This document shows positions 1 to 9,775 of a stretch of 64,000 bases of DNA, piece by piece. The stretch's first letter is position 1, and each line of letters begins with the position of its first letter. Source of the stretch: Lophium mytilinum (lineage: Eukaryota). Under the pieces are notes generated by a model. The model was given only the letters and a program-made list of their open reading frames with translations. It was not told the origin of the DNA and did not search any database. The translations under genes were made by a program, and so were the position numbers. The stretch is taken from assembly GCA_010093605.1 (NCBI GenBank), contig MU004185.1:455334-519333 (forward strand), read 5' to 3'.

Positions 1-1457
1 GTCAGACAGTGCCGATATATTTCCCGAGCGTGGATCACCAGGGTTGGCCCCTCAACTCCCTCAGTTTTGCCTGTGAGCAGAGAGCTCAAGCATGGCGTCA
101 AGGTCAATTTACCAACACGGTTGTAAGCAGGCGTTTGCAGGTTCCCTTGCCCTGCCTGAGCTGTACATTGCCTTCATCATCCTGCCACTCTATCCCACTC
201 GCGCTCGTCCAACGGGATATACAGGCTTCCAGGTTGGAGGCGCTAGCATTTTTCGTAAGATCGGAGCATTTCGGCAAGACACGCGTGGTCCTCAATATCG
301 TAGGCCTCGAGGGCGGCGTCTGGGTGTAATAAGTATCGGAGCGTCGAGTCTTGCGGGTGGCGGAGACATACCATCGGTCCGGTGGATTTGGTGACTCGCG
401 AAGATAGAATAAATTGGGAAGAAGACCCTCAACTACCTGAGATACTCTCCAAAGCCCGATTCAAGGTCTAAATTTCCCGCGGGCTAAGGAATTTAGGTAG
501 ATTGTCGCGTGTTGGTACTCGCAAGACTTGATCCAATGTTTCTTCAGGGGCTCTTTAGCTTTGTCAAGAAGGAGTACACAGGCCTATAGAAGGCATCCAC
601 CCTTGATACAATTTCGGGTTTGAGAAGTTCACATACTTGAACCCAAATCGAGGCATTTCAGAAAGCGGCAAAGTAGTGTATATAGACTTATGGCGATGCA
701 ATGTAAGTGAAAACTTACTTTTTAGGTATTTGGCGATATATGGCCTATGATCGTTAACTAGAGCTCCATTAGTATGCTTGGTAAATAGCAACAAAACGGG
801 GTTGGCCCTTTCGCGTGCTTGCTGCAAAACAGCTAACTATCTGGCCTCGAGTAGGCGTCGACGATCTTCTCCGCATGGTTTGATAGCTCTGCGATACGTC
901 GCAATGGTGCCACAGTTAGCGGGTTGGGTGAATGTTGGCATTTAGCCTGGCTTGGATGTTCTCGCTTTGTGGGTGCATCGTTTATGGTCCTTTTCCGTTG
1001 TAGAACAGATTTTTGAGAACTCGGCTTCTTTGGGGTTATGCAAGCCACAATTTGAGTATGATTGCCCTTAGTCTTCTTCTTTGGCGCCTCGAAGTCGCCA
1101 TGAGCGGGGGATTTGATGGCGGGGAAATAGTATCAAGGGAGTGAAAGAGCCCGAAAGAATGATATGAGGAAGATGATATACAGGAAATGAGCGTGTCTGC
1201 ATCTAGCGGATGGCAATAAAACCACCCTTGGATTCGACTCCGCGAATCCCAATGTAAGAGTCGACCTACGGTTCTCCCCGTTTCAATGCCCGTGGGGGTG
1301 TAAAGTATATATGTCAGTCTACGAGTTTCAGCCACCGAAGTAGCGCGTCTCGCCACTGGACAGTCGCGTTTTGGCAGGCCTCGGCAGTTTCTCTCCTCAT
1401 CTGTTCTGCAAACACCATCGAAAGTCGCATCGAAAATGCGCAATAAATCGTTCCTCC

Positions 1458-2320
1458 ATATCTCCTAGCACAATAACAGATGCTCATATTATTGCTCAGA
1501 CCTTCGGATTTACTGTCGACTTTGGACTCGTAGGAGTTCCTGTTTCTGATATAGCAGAACGAGCCATGAACCTGGGAATAAGATTCATCGGCTTCCGCAA
1601 CGAACAGGCCGCTGGCCATGCTGCCACTGCACATATATACTTGACTGGCAAGTCTGGAATACGTCTTGTCGTTCGGACCGGGCGTGCTCCACGCAATTGC
1701 AGGAGTAGGCAATTGTGGCTCCGCGTCTACGCGCTCGATACTGAATAGATTCCTGACTGGACTGAAAAGCCATATTGTCTAACTCTGGAATAGGTTGGGA
1801 ACTCATCAGCTGATTGCTTCCCTCTCTTACTTCTTGATGGTTCTGGTGAGACTTATCTTGTTGGCTAAGGCGACTTCTAGGAGCTCGATACTATATCCCT
1901 CCTCACACCCTACACAAAGCTCACAATACGACCGCCAAATCTCGCTGCTACACCCCAAACCATAGCAAATGCATACAGATGCTCAGGGTATGGAAGGCTA
2001 AGAACTGGCTTTGTGGGCCTGCCTGCGGACTTCATAACGGATCCTGTCGAGTCTCCCCAGGACATCGATGCTGTAGAACCGGTACCACCACCTCCAACTA
2101 CTGGCGCTCAGGACGCAAATTTATTCAAGATAGCGCAAGCTTTGGAAAGATGCCCGGGCGCTGCTCATAGATGTTGGGAAAGGTGCCGCGGATGCAAGAG
2201 CTCAAGGCGTAATTTGCGAATTCATGGACAAAGCACAAATACCCTTCTTACCGAGTCCAATGGGCAAAGGCGTTACACCAGACTCGCAACCTCGGAACGT
2301 GTCATCCGCTAGGTCCAGTT
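1458..2320 (+). pseudogene. TPP-dependent 2-hydroxyacyl-CoA lyase / oxalyl-CoA decarboxylase-like pseudogene (N-terminal half only)
   Basis: Family motifs are spread over different frames: FGLVGVPV..IAE.AMNLGIRFIGFRNEQAA, GPGVLHAIAGVGN after a frameshift at ~1674, LPLLLL.GS.ET...G*GDF*ELD.ISLLTP with in-frame stops, and [23 protein letters not shown]. The presumed start reads ATA at 1458. No C-terminal TPP-binding domain follows. Confidence 0.85.
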
Positions 2321-2880
2321 GTGGCTATCGAGTGCGATAGCGCTTTCGAGTTCACATTGCCGGTACTTATCAACTTCTTTCACTACAGAACTTTAGCTGG
2401 CATTCAAGCTCAAAGAAGAACGAAAATTCTCAATAGTCCTCGAAAAGGACCACAAAGTTGTAAACACTCCGGTAGTAATATCCAAGAGCTGCTGAAATCT
2501 ATTTATTTTGGCAATGGCGCGTTCGGTCGTTGATACTGCCACTTAACCGCTTGCAATATGTCGACGTATTTCAACTCAGCTAGCGTAAAGACTCTATAGA
2601 CACCGAGCAAACAGCAACACAGCATCATCTGTCTGCTCTATAAGCGACCCGAGAGCCCCCTGGATCAACATCGCAACGTGATGTGAAAAATGGAGTTGAC
2701 CTAATTACTCTCCAGATGTATGTGATCTAGAGACCATGACCTCGCAAGTCTGGAAGCGAAATCCGTGGCAACCATGGTACGTACGAGACAGCACCTCCAC
2801 CGCTCTACGAATGATGTACAACTACCTCCCGTGGTTCGTAATGACCTCGACAATATGGTACCCCGGGACGGAAATCAAAG

Positions 2881-2918
2881 CGCATCAGAGCGCATCAGAG
2901 CGCATCAGAGCGCACCAG
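2881..2918. repeat. 10-bp tandem repeat (cgcatcagag)x3 plus one variant copy
   Basis: cgcatcagag cgcatcagag cgcatcagag cgcaccag read directly. Confidence 0.9.
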
Positions 2919-3153
2919 AATGTTGGTATATGAAGGCAATGTGCGACGTCTTCTTCATCTTCTTCATACTTCAGCAACTATACTACTACTAGCACACTAT
3001 ACACAACCCTCAAACGCAGCAACCACCACGAAACCGTGCCAGCGACTCACCACCCGCCCTCCGTAGCACTTACACTACTACGCTCACACGCCACGTTCAC
3101 AAAACCTCTCTACCTCTCAAGAAACCCTCCACGTAGCAAACATTCCTACAAAC

Positions 3154-3744
3154 ATGTCTTCCAACACTACCTCAACGACCACGTGTGACGTCCGCCATAA
3201 ATGGGCCTTCCTCAAAATCGGCACCAAACGCATCGCCCCGTCTGACCCAGACCAACAATGCACCATTTGCCAAGATGCATGTTCTTCAGTCACGGACCCT
3301 GAAAACCCCACTCTGCGGATCACGCAGTGTGAACATTACTTCCACCATGACTGCTTGGTAGTCTGGCTGGACGAGAGCCCAACGTGCCCGAACTGTCGGA
3401 AGAAGCTGTTCGACGGCCGCACGGGTGAGCAAAGGCGGGCCTTGGTCTCGGCCTTATCTTCTGGTGTCGGCCCCCTGACTCGGCTGGATTTTATTAGGAT
3501 AATAGAAGACCTCTCTGAGGATGGGTGGCTTGAGTTTCAGGGCGAGCTTTTGAATACGCCGTTTCAATTTGTCAGTGAACCCGAACTAGAAACGGAAATA
3601 GAATTGGAGACAGAAGGGCAGTGGAGACCGGGAGATTTGGAAGATGAAGTGGAAGAGGGAGCAGAAGAGGAAGTGGAAGACGAAGTAGAAGACGAAGTAG
3701 AAGACGAAGTGGAAGAGGAGAGTGATCAATATGTATGGTATTGA
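3154..3744 (+). CDS. RING-H2 zinc finger protein (putative E3 ligase) with acidic repetitive C-terminus
   Basis: C-x2-C...C-x-H-x2-H-x2-C...W...C-P-x-C-R pattern (CTIC...CEHYFHHDCLVVW..SPTCPNCR); intronless 196-aa ORF; EDEV repeats in the tail. Confidence 0.8.
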   Translation: MSSNTTSTTTCDVRHKWAFLKIGTKRIAPSDPDQQCTICQDACSSVTDPENPTLRITQCEHYFHHDCLVVWLDESPTCPNCRKKLFDGRTGEQRRALVSALSSGVGPLTRLDFIRIIEDLSEDGWLEFQGELLNTPFQFVSEPELETEIELETEGQWRPGDLEDEVEEGAEEEVEDEVEDEVEDEVEEESDQYVWY

Positions 3745-4060
3745 GCGCAAGTCTAAAGGTGCGAGATGATGGTTAGAGGAGGCAACGCCTATGATAGAGT
3801 CACAATTTGGGGTACAGAACTATGTCATAAGTCTGGGCACACAGGGTTGTCACTGCTTAGCTTCAATGTTGCACACTAGATACTACTGTAAGGGGTAGCC
3901 CCACTAGTCGGTGACCACCGTGTTAAGAGGTAGTCTAATTATCATTGTGTTAACTATTACATCTAATGTCGCATATTCAACTAAAGAAGCTTTAGTCCTG
4001 TTAAGGCAACACTGCTGTAGGGGGTGGCCTGATTGCGAAGGAGATGCTTGGTCAGGAGAC

Positions 4061-4171
4061 AGCCTAATCTGCACGGCTTGAAACTTGACATCGCCTTAGA
4101 ATCCTCAAAGTATATAGGGGTGCCCCAAGCAGTGGTGAACCGGTGTGCCCAGACTTATGGCCTGTCACAGT
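4061..4171 (+). repeat. Dispersed ~110-bp repeat, copy A (copy B at 34929-35040)
   Basis: Manual alignment with 34929-35040: 29/34 and 50/60 identities in two blocks separated by a diverged 17-18 nt spacer. Confidence 0.8.
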
Positions 4172-4417
4172 GTACAATCAGGATAGCGGCGTGGCGTTTC
4201 AGGTCACCGGGCAACGCAAGTCGTGATCAAACATAAGACCTCAAGGCCTAGAGAGGTTTGCTCAAGTGCCTGGAAACATGATGTAGTTTAGTGTTCTGAA
4301 TGAAGTCTTATTTAAATGTAGAATGTGCCCTGGCGTTGTTCCTAAAGTAGCATGGTTGGCGGCTGGGTACTGCAGGGATGAAGTCTTTCAGGCGTTGAAA
4401 TGCTTCGGCATTGCTTA

Positions 4418-4706
4418 ACGCTTTTGCTCGCTCGACACCACCGTTAGGAAGGCCTTAGCTCGCGCGTATTCGACCAGCTAGAAGGTAGCCCAATCTCCGT
4501 TGCAATATTATAACCTTTACTTTGCACGCTTTCTCCTGTTTCACACCGTTGTTAGGAGGACCTTAGCCAGCAGGTGATCGACCAGCCAAACGGTACCCCG
4601 ATTTCCGCTGCAACCCTTTCGCTTTGCTTCTTACGCTTTTGCTTTCTTCACGCTACCGTCGGGAAGGCCTTAGCTAGCACGTCCTCGACCGGCCAAAAGC
4701 TTAGCC
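4418..4706 (+). repeat. Degenerate ~108-bp tandem repeat, about 2.7 copies, ending at the F-box start codon
   Basis: Anchor acgcttt at 4418/4526/4633 and ccttagc at 4453/4561/4668, each followed by tcgacc(a/g)gc. Confidence 0.8.
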
Positions 4707-6044
4707 ATGACTACTCCAATCGATGGTCTTCCCACGGAGCTTTTCCTCGAAGTCACCCGCTACCTCCGCCACGGCGACCTCTTCCAATTAATGCAAGTAT
4801 CCAAGCCATGCCGCCAGATCCTATCACCAATCCTCTGGAAAAGAATCGAGCTCCACAGACCGTCGTATCACTCAGACTACGCATATCCCCATTCTCACAC
4901 GGACGCGGGATGCGAGTCACGGCCGTATATGCATCTTCCAGAGTGGGAGCCTAACAGCTATCTCGACAAATACCACGCAGACGTCGCGAAGGCCTTTATC
5001 ATGATGTTTGAAAGCATGCCGAAGGACAGCTCAGAACGATTGCGCCGCCTCGCTTCTCAAGTACGGTGGCTGTGCCTGCACGTGGATCCGTACGAGGATG
5101 ACTCCGTCACGCGCAATTGTTGGAACATCTTCGCGCTGTTTACGAACCTGGAGTATCTGGAAGTGGATGCCGCGTGGACGGCATACAATGAAGTGGAACC
5201 ATTCAACCTCGGTGCGCAGCCATTGGCCAAACTCCGAGCTGTCAAACTCAGAGGTTATGTACCACGCGAAGTTGTGCAGTACTTCTGTCAACAACCATCC
5301 CGCATCGTCGATCTCGAGCTTGCGGTGCTGGATAACCCAATTGGCGGCACCTTGGCTTATGAACGGAAGAACCCTCCACCCGAGGCTTTAGAACCGCCAG
5401 AGGACTATGACGGCATGACCGAGGAAGACCTCGAAGCTTTAAACGACGAAGAGGATTTCGAAGAGGAGGAAATAGCCCCTCGTCCGCTCTGCTGGATGCC
5501 CGAGGGCTTAGGCTCTCAGTTCACCTTCCTAACGCGCCTTTGGCTGTGTAAACCCGGCGAACCCCGCCATCGTATCTTCCACGAAACGTACTACTCAATG
5601 CCATCAGATCAGCGGACACTGGACGCTTGGGTCTCAATTATTCGGGCCGCTAGAGCAACACTCGTTTACCTCACTCTCGAGGATCGTCTGGCCATCGAAA
5701 ATATCGAGACGGACAGCACAGGCAGCAACGAGTTCATGCAATATTATAGCCACGGACCTACCTATCACCGATTTGTCGCAACCGTTCTACCGGTACTAAT
5801 GGAAGAGGCGCAGTGGCCTGAGCTCAAATATCTGCAATTGTATGGGCTTGAAATTCACGACCCGACAAACAGCCACACTAGGGATCCACATGTTAACATA
5901 AGAACAAAGCTACGGCAGAGACATCCATATGCTGAGGTAGAGACCTATCTTGGGAGGAGAATGACCTTCGATAGCACAACCGGCGAAGTCGGCATGTACG
6001 GAGGTGATGGGATTGGGTGGGATTGTCTGGATGAGGATGAATGA
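4707..6044 (+). CDS. F-box domain protein, intronless, 445 aa
   Basis: N-terminal IDGLPTELFLEVTRYLRHGDLFQLMQVSKPCRQILSPILW matches the F-box pattern; LRR-like segments (LFTNLEYLEV, LAKLRAVKLRG, WPELKYLQLYG). Confidence 0.8.
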   Translation: MTTPIDGLPTELFLEVTRYLRHGDLFQLMQVSKPCRQILSPILWKRIELHRPSYHSDYAYPHSHTDAGCESRPYMHLPEWEPNSYLDKYHADVAKAFIMMFESMPKDSSERLRRLASQVRWLCLHVDPYEDDSVTRNCWNIFALFTNLEYLEVDAAWTAYNEVEPFNLGAQPLAKLRAVKLRGYVPREVVQYFCQQPSRIVDLELAVLDNPIGGTLAYERKNPPPEALEPPEDYDGMTEEDLEALNDEEDFEEEEIAPRPLCWMPEGLGSQFTFLTRLWLCKPGEPRHRIFHETYYSMPSDQRTLDAWVSIIRAARATLVYLTLEDRLAIENIETDSTGSNEFMQYYSHGPTYHRFVATVLPVLMEEAQWPELKYLQLYGLEIHDPTNSHTRDPHVNIRTKLRQRHPYAEVETYLGRRMTFDSTTGEVGMYGGDGIGWDCLDEDE

Positions 6045-6269
6045 TGCAGCTACCTGGCGATCGTTGAGCAGATGAGCTTTTTCTTAGCTTACGAACCTCT
6101 ACTCTACTCGCAATTACGTTCTCCGGTATTTGAGTCCATGTAGTCCCCAAGAGGTCACATCACTTCTATGGTAGCTCAAAAATAACGAAGAACATGCCCA
6201 ATACACAGATCGCTCATATTTCGAGGGATACTCTGTAATCTCTAGCTATCAGGGGTTGGAACCCTCCTC

Positions 6270-8921
6270 TTATACCGACTCAGCATCCTCAAAGAAACCA
6301 TTATCAATAATACCGTTGGAAAACTTGGTCGGCCTCCTCACGCCCATCTGAATATTTGCGCTGGTCTCGAAATTGCACATCCCACGGAGGCCTCCGCAGG
6401 TCATGTTGCAGATCCTATCCACGACGCACACGTTTTGATGAAACGACACCATAGCCTTCGCCGGCACAGGCGTGCATTCAACATCCAAGATCTCTCCTGT
6501 TGTTAGACTGAAGGTGACTCTTCCACCGTGATTGGTGGCTGCATCTTCCTCCATGTATGCGAGGATTTTGACCTTCTTGGCGTAGGTGATGATGCCGTTC
6601 CTTACGACCCAGCCGAATGTCGAGATGCTCTCGTCAACACCATGCCATGAGACTGCGATGATGCTGAGCGACTTTCCGCAAGTACCCGCAATCCAACGAT
6701 GGGAGTAGACGGTACCCCAGTTTCTTGGACCCCAGCCGGCGTCGCGCACACCAAGACCGTCTATTTTGTATTCCTCGCCTTTGATCTTTAAAGAGCCATG
6801 AACGATGCCCGGAATATCGAAATGATGAGAGGTGAAAGAGTTGATCTGTCCCTTCTTTGGATAGCAGTCGACGTCAGGGCCAGTATCGACACACGTGATC
6901 TTCCCGGAAACATCCTCATCCTCGACTGTCCAGATGTGCTCTCCATCCTCGAGCTCGCATCGGCAAGTGTCATCGCCGCTACCAAACCCATTCTTCGGTA
7001 GTAGATCAGCGTCCCGGAGTGGGACATGATGCATCCTCTTATACATGCCCTTCGGAGACAGGAGGTAATTCCACATGACGACTTTCCCTCCATCTTTCAA
7101 GTTTGGCTCGTGGCCCAACCGATGGAAGCCGCCGACTGCGCTCTTGTCATCCCACCAAACTAGCACAACGGAATTTTGCCAATTCTCTTGCGGTCCGGGT
7201 TTCTGTCTTCCGTTCACTTCGTCACCGTAGATCTGGAGTGTCTTCCCACCACTGACCTTAGCCAGCATATCTTCAGCCGTACGGTACCTGTCTGCGACGT
7301 AGTGGTGTCCATGCAGGCCATTTGTCTCTTTCAAATCCTGCTCCAAAGTTGACTCCAATTCCGCATTGCCGTTTGCCTTAGCAGCCTTCTCTTCGACTTC
7401 CGTCTCCTTTCTCGACGCGTCTTCCACCGAGCCATCCTCCTTCTTGTCTGCCGTACATGCCAGCCCCATCCCCATAAACGCCGGCGTGAATCCCAGTTCC
7501 ACCATGATGTACCTCAGATCGCGGTTGTGCCCCACCTGTAGATTCCTCGTCGCTCTCACACCACCCAGCATAGTCCTCAGTACCGAGTAGGCTAGCGTGA
7601 ATGACATGTACTGCATATTCAGCTCCTGCCCGCCGCTCTTCTTGTAGTGGTCCAGAAACTTCTCCCAAGGCATGTGCCTGCTGAGATGTGGCTGGATGTA
7701 TGCGAGATCCTGCTCCGGTGCGCCGAAGTCGGAGCACTCCCAGTCCAATACCCCCGTCAGCTTAACGTCCTCGAAGAGCACATTGTGGATGTTGAAGTCT
7801 CCGTGTGTGAGGACGGGCTTTCGGTCGTCCGCGGGAACATTCCGTTCCAGCCAGCTGAAAAGATACGTGATAAACGGAGACGGGAGATGCTCGATCCTGG
7901 AGGCGTAATCTCGCCATCCACGCAGGTTGCGGTGATACCGCGATTGCACGGTATCCTCCATCGCGCCCTCTTCGTCATATTTCTTGATCACTTCTTCGAA
8001 CTTCTCCAGTGGTATTGCGTGTAGCTCCGCTAGCTTCTCTGCTAGCTGAAACCACACTTCTTCGTCGATCTTCGCCTCGTGTCCCCCGAGGAAGCTGCCA
8101 GGGAGCTTTCCGCTGATCTTACTCATGGTGAAGAAGGTACCGTCAACACCCGGCAGGTTTTCGGCTAGGTCAATGGGTGTCGGAGCCGGGTAGCCAGTTG
8201 CGGAGACGGCTTTCAACAGATCATACTCTTGTGGTAATAGGAAAGACGAGTGTAGCATTATTGGCGCAGGGTCCGCTTTGCGAATTACCAGGTCTTCAGT
8301 GCTACCGGAACCATGTCTGACCGTAGCAAAGTAGGTCTGCTTTCCAAAACTGCCGGGGTTGGAGATGAAGGATGTCACGCTAAGGCTGGGGTCTTCGCGC
8401 TTGGTTTGTAGGAATGATTCGAAGAACTCTTTCGTTAAAGGCGGATTGGGCGAGTCATCTGGATGGGATGCTTCCCCTTTGAAGGGCTGGGGCTGGATGC
8501 TTTGGAGAGTGGTGTAGTAATCAAGCTCCCACTCCGCGGCCTTGCGGATGAATTCTGATGCCTTCGGGTCATGTGAGGCGACCTTTGTGAGTCGGGTGCA
8601 TAGCTCGTCTAGCTCTTCGGTCAACTGATCGTACTTCTCGCAAAGTGTGTCGAAGTCTCCGAGCGTGGAATAAGGGCGTTTCTGGCCGGCTTTCGTTCCC
8701 TCGAGGTGCTGCGTCATTTCGTAGTTCAAGGATTCTCCTTCTTCGATGCATTTCCGTAGAAGCGGTATAGAAGGGCCTTGTCGCTTCAGCAGATCATGTA
8801 GAGCTGGTTTGATGAGCTCAATCGCGCCAATGGCAGTGGGGTTAGTGAGGTCAGGAGCGACTGTTGTCTCAATCGCTCGGATGACGAGGGAGAGTGTCTG
8901 GGAGGTCGGATTGATTCTCAT
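6270..8921 (-). CDS. Fusion protein: N-terminal helical region + APH/ACAD10-type phosphotransferase + C-terminal lipocalin/AttH-like (DUF7064/DUF7065-like) domain; 883 aa, intronless
   Basis: Kinase motifs LVIRK, EYDLLKAV..GYPAPTP, HGDFNIHNVL and LDWE..DFGAPEQDLAY. C-terminal WQNSVVLVWWD...GGFHRLGHEPN and GLGVRDAGWGPRNW. First ATG is at 8921 (the track start at 8972 is TTG). Confidence 0.8.
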   Translation of the reverse strand: MRINPTSQTLSLVIRAIETTVAPDLTNPTAIGAIELIKPALHDLLKRQGPSIPLLRKCIEEGESLNYEMTQHLEGTKAGQKRPYSTLGDFDTLCEKYDQLTEELDELCTRLTKVASHDPKASEFIRKAAEWELDYYTTLQSIQPQPFKGEASHPDDSPNPPLTKEFFESFLQTKREDPSLSVTSFISNPGSFGKQTYFATVRHGSGSTEDLVIRKADPAPIMLHSSFLLPQEYDLLKAVSATGYPAPTPIDLAENLPGVDGTFFTMSKISGKLPGSFLGGHEAKIDEEVWFQLAEKLAELHAIPLEKFEEVIKKYDEEGAMEDTVQSRYHRNLRGWRDYASRIEHLPSPFITYLFSWLERNVPADDRKPVLTHGDFNIHNVLFEDVKLTGVLDWECSDFGAPEQDLAYIQPHLSRHMPWEKFLDHYKKSGGQELNMQYMSFTLAYSVLRTMLGGVRATRNLQVGHNRDLRYIMVELGFTPAFMGMGLACTADKKEDGSVEDASRKETEVEEKAAKANGNAELESTLEQDLKETNGLHGHHYVADRYRTAEDMLAKVSGGKTLQIYGDEVNGRQKPGPQENWQNSVVLVWWDDKSAVGGFHRLGHEPNLKDGGKVVMWNYLLSPKGMYKRMHHVPLRDADLLPKNGFGSGDDTCRCELEDGEHIWTVEDEDVSGKITCVDTGPDVDCYPKKGQINSFTSHHFDIPGIVHGSLKIKGEEYKIDGLGVRDAGWGPRNWGTVYSHRWIAGTCGKSLSIIAVSWHGVDESISTFGWVVRNGIITYAKKVKILAYMEEDAATNHGGRVTFSLTTGEILDVECTPVPAKAMVSFHQNVCVVDRICNMTCGGLRGMCNFETSANIQMGVRRPTKFSNGIIDNGFFEDAESV

Positions 8922-9336
8922 AATGGGCAAGACGAAAAACGAAGAAATTTGAGAGATGAAACGGATAAGCAAACAGCGGTACTGGAGCCTTTATGTAGAA
9001 ACCGCTCTTACCCCAGATGTTTGACCCCAGACGTTCATCCGGGGACCATATCGTGGGGACGCTCCGATGACTAGGGTTTGCATACGGCCTACCCCATATG
9101 GGGTCGGCGAGAGCTCTTATGGGGTCCTTGCCGATTAAAACTAGGGAACGATGTGCATCCGGATGGTTGCATTCCGGATTCCGAGCACCTGGAAACATGG
9201 TTATGGCTTTCGACATAGAATCGTAAATGAGATGATTTAGAAACTATTGGATGGAACTCGTTTCCCGGGGATCGGAATCCAGATTGAACAAGATTCCTGG
9301 GAGAAATTGGGTTGATGCCTTGGTAGAAAGTCGACA

Positions 9337-9775
9337 GATAGATTATACTTATAGAATGATTTATAAGCATCCAATACTGTACGTGTATCAAATGGACGTA
9401 TTCTATAGGGTATTGCTGTATTTATTTGTTGTTGGTGTTTAACAACAAAATCTCTTGGCATTGCATTATCATTTCTACTAAGTTTCACATTAGGCCACAT
9501 ATAATAATAAAAAGGCCATTATAAGAGCAAATAAACCTGTAGCTTCTGCAAATGCAAACCCTAAGATAGCATATATTCCTACTCCTGCTCCAATTAATCC
9601 TGTTGTCGCTAATCCTGTTCCTATTATTTTTGCTGCTTGCTTCATATTATTTTGAAATTTAAAGCAATTACATTTATGCATTATTATTGTTATATTGATA
9701 GTTAATTATTGTAGTATAGCTAATAATAAAATTATAGATGTTAATATTAGTCAAATAGAATAACTACAGTAGTTG
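9337..9775. other. Nuclear mitochondrial DNA insertion (NUMT); boundaries approximate
   Basis: Abrupt AT-rich island containing a mitochondrial-type atp9 frame with A/T-ending codons (tta, gga, gca, ata). Confidence 0.75.
9490..9645 (-). pseudogene. atp9: Mitochondrial-type ATP synthase subunit 9 with an internal in-frame deletion
   Basis: MKQAAKIIGTGLATTGLIGAGVGI/YAILGFAFAEATGLFALIMAFLLLYVA*; the usual GVVFGALILGVARNPSLRGQLFS-type segment is absent; no targeting presequence. Confidence 0.9.

Noticed and set aside
1..1300. Stop-interrupted coding-like frames on the - strand, with a faint F-box-like stretch near 700-800
   Set aside because: No family motif I could recognise with confidence.
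3891..3911. aggggtagccccactagt resembles the Harbinger termini
   Set aside because: Match is too short, with no partner end or internal homology.
4418..4706. CRISPR-like repeat-spacer reading
   Set aside because: Eukaryotic context, whole units are homologous and degenerate, and there are no cas genes.
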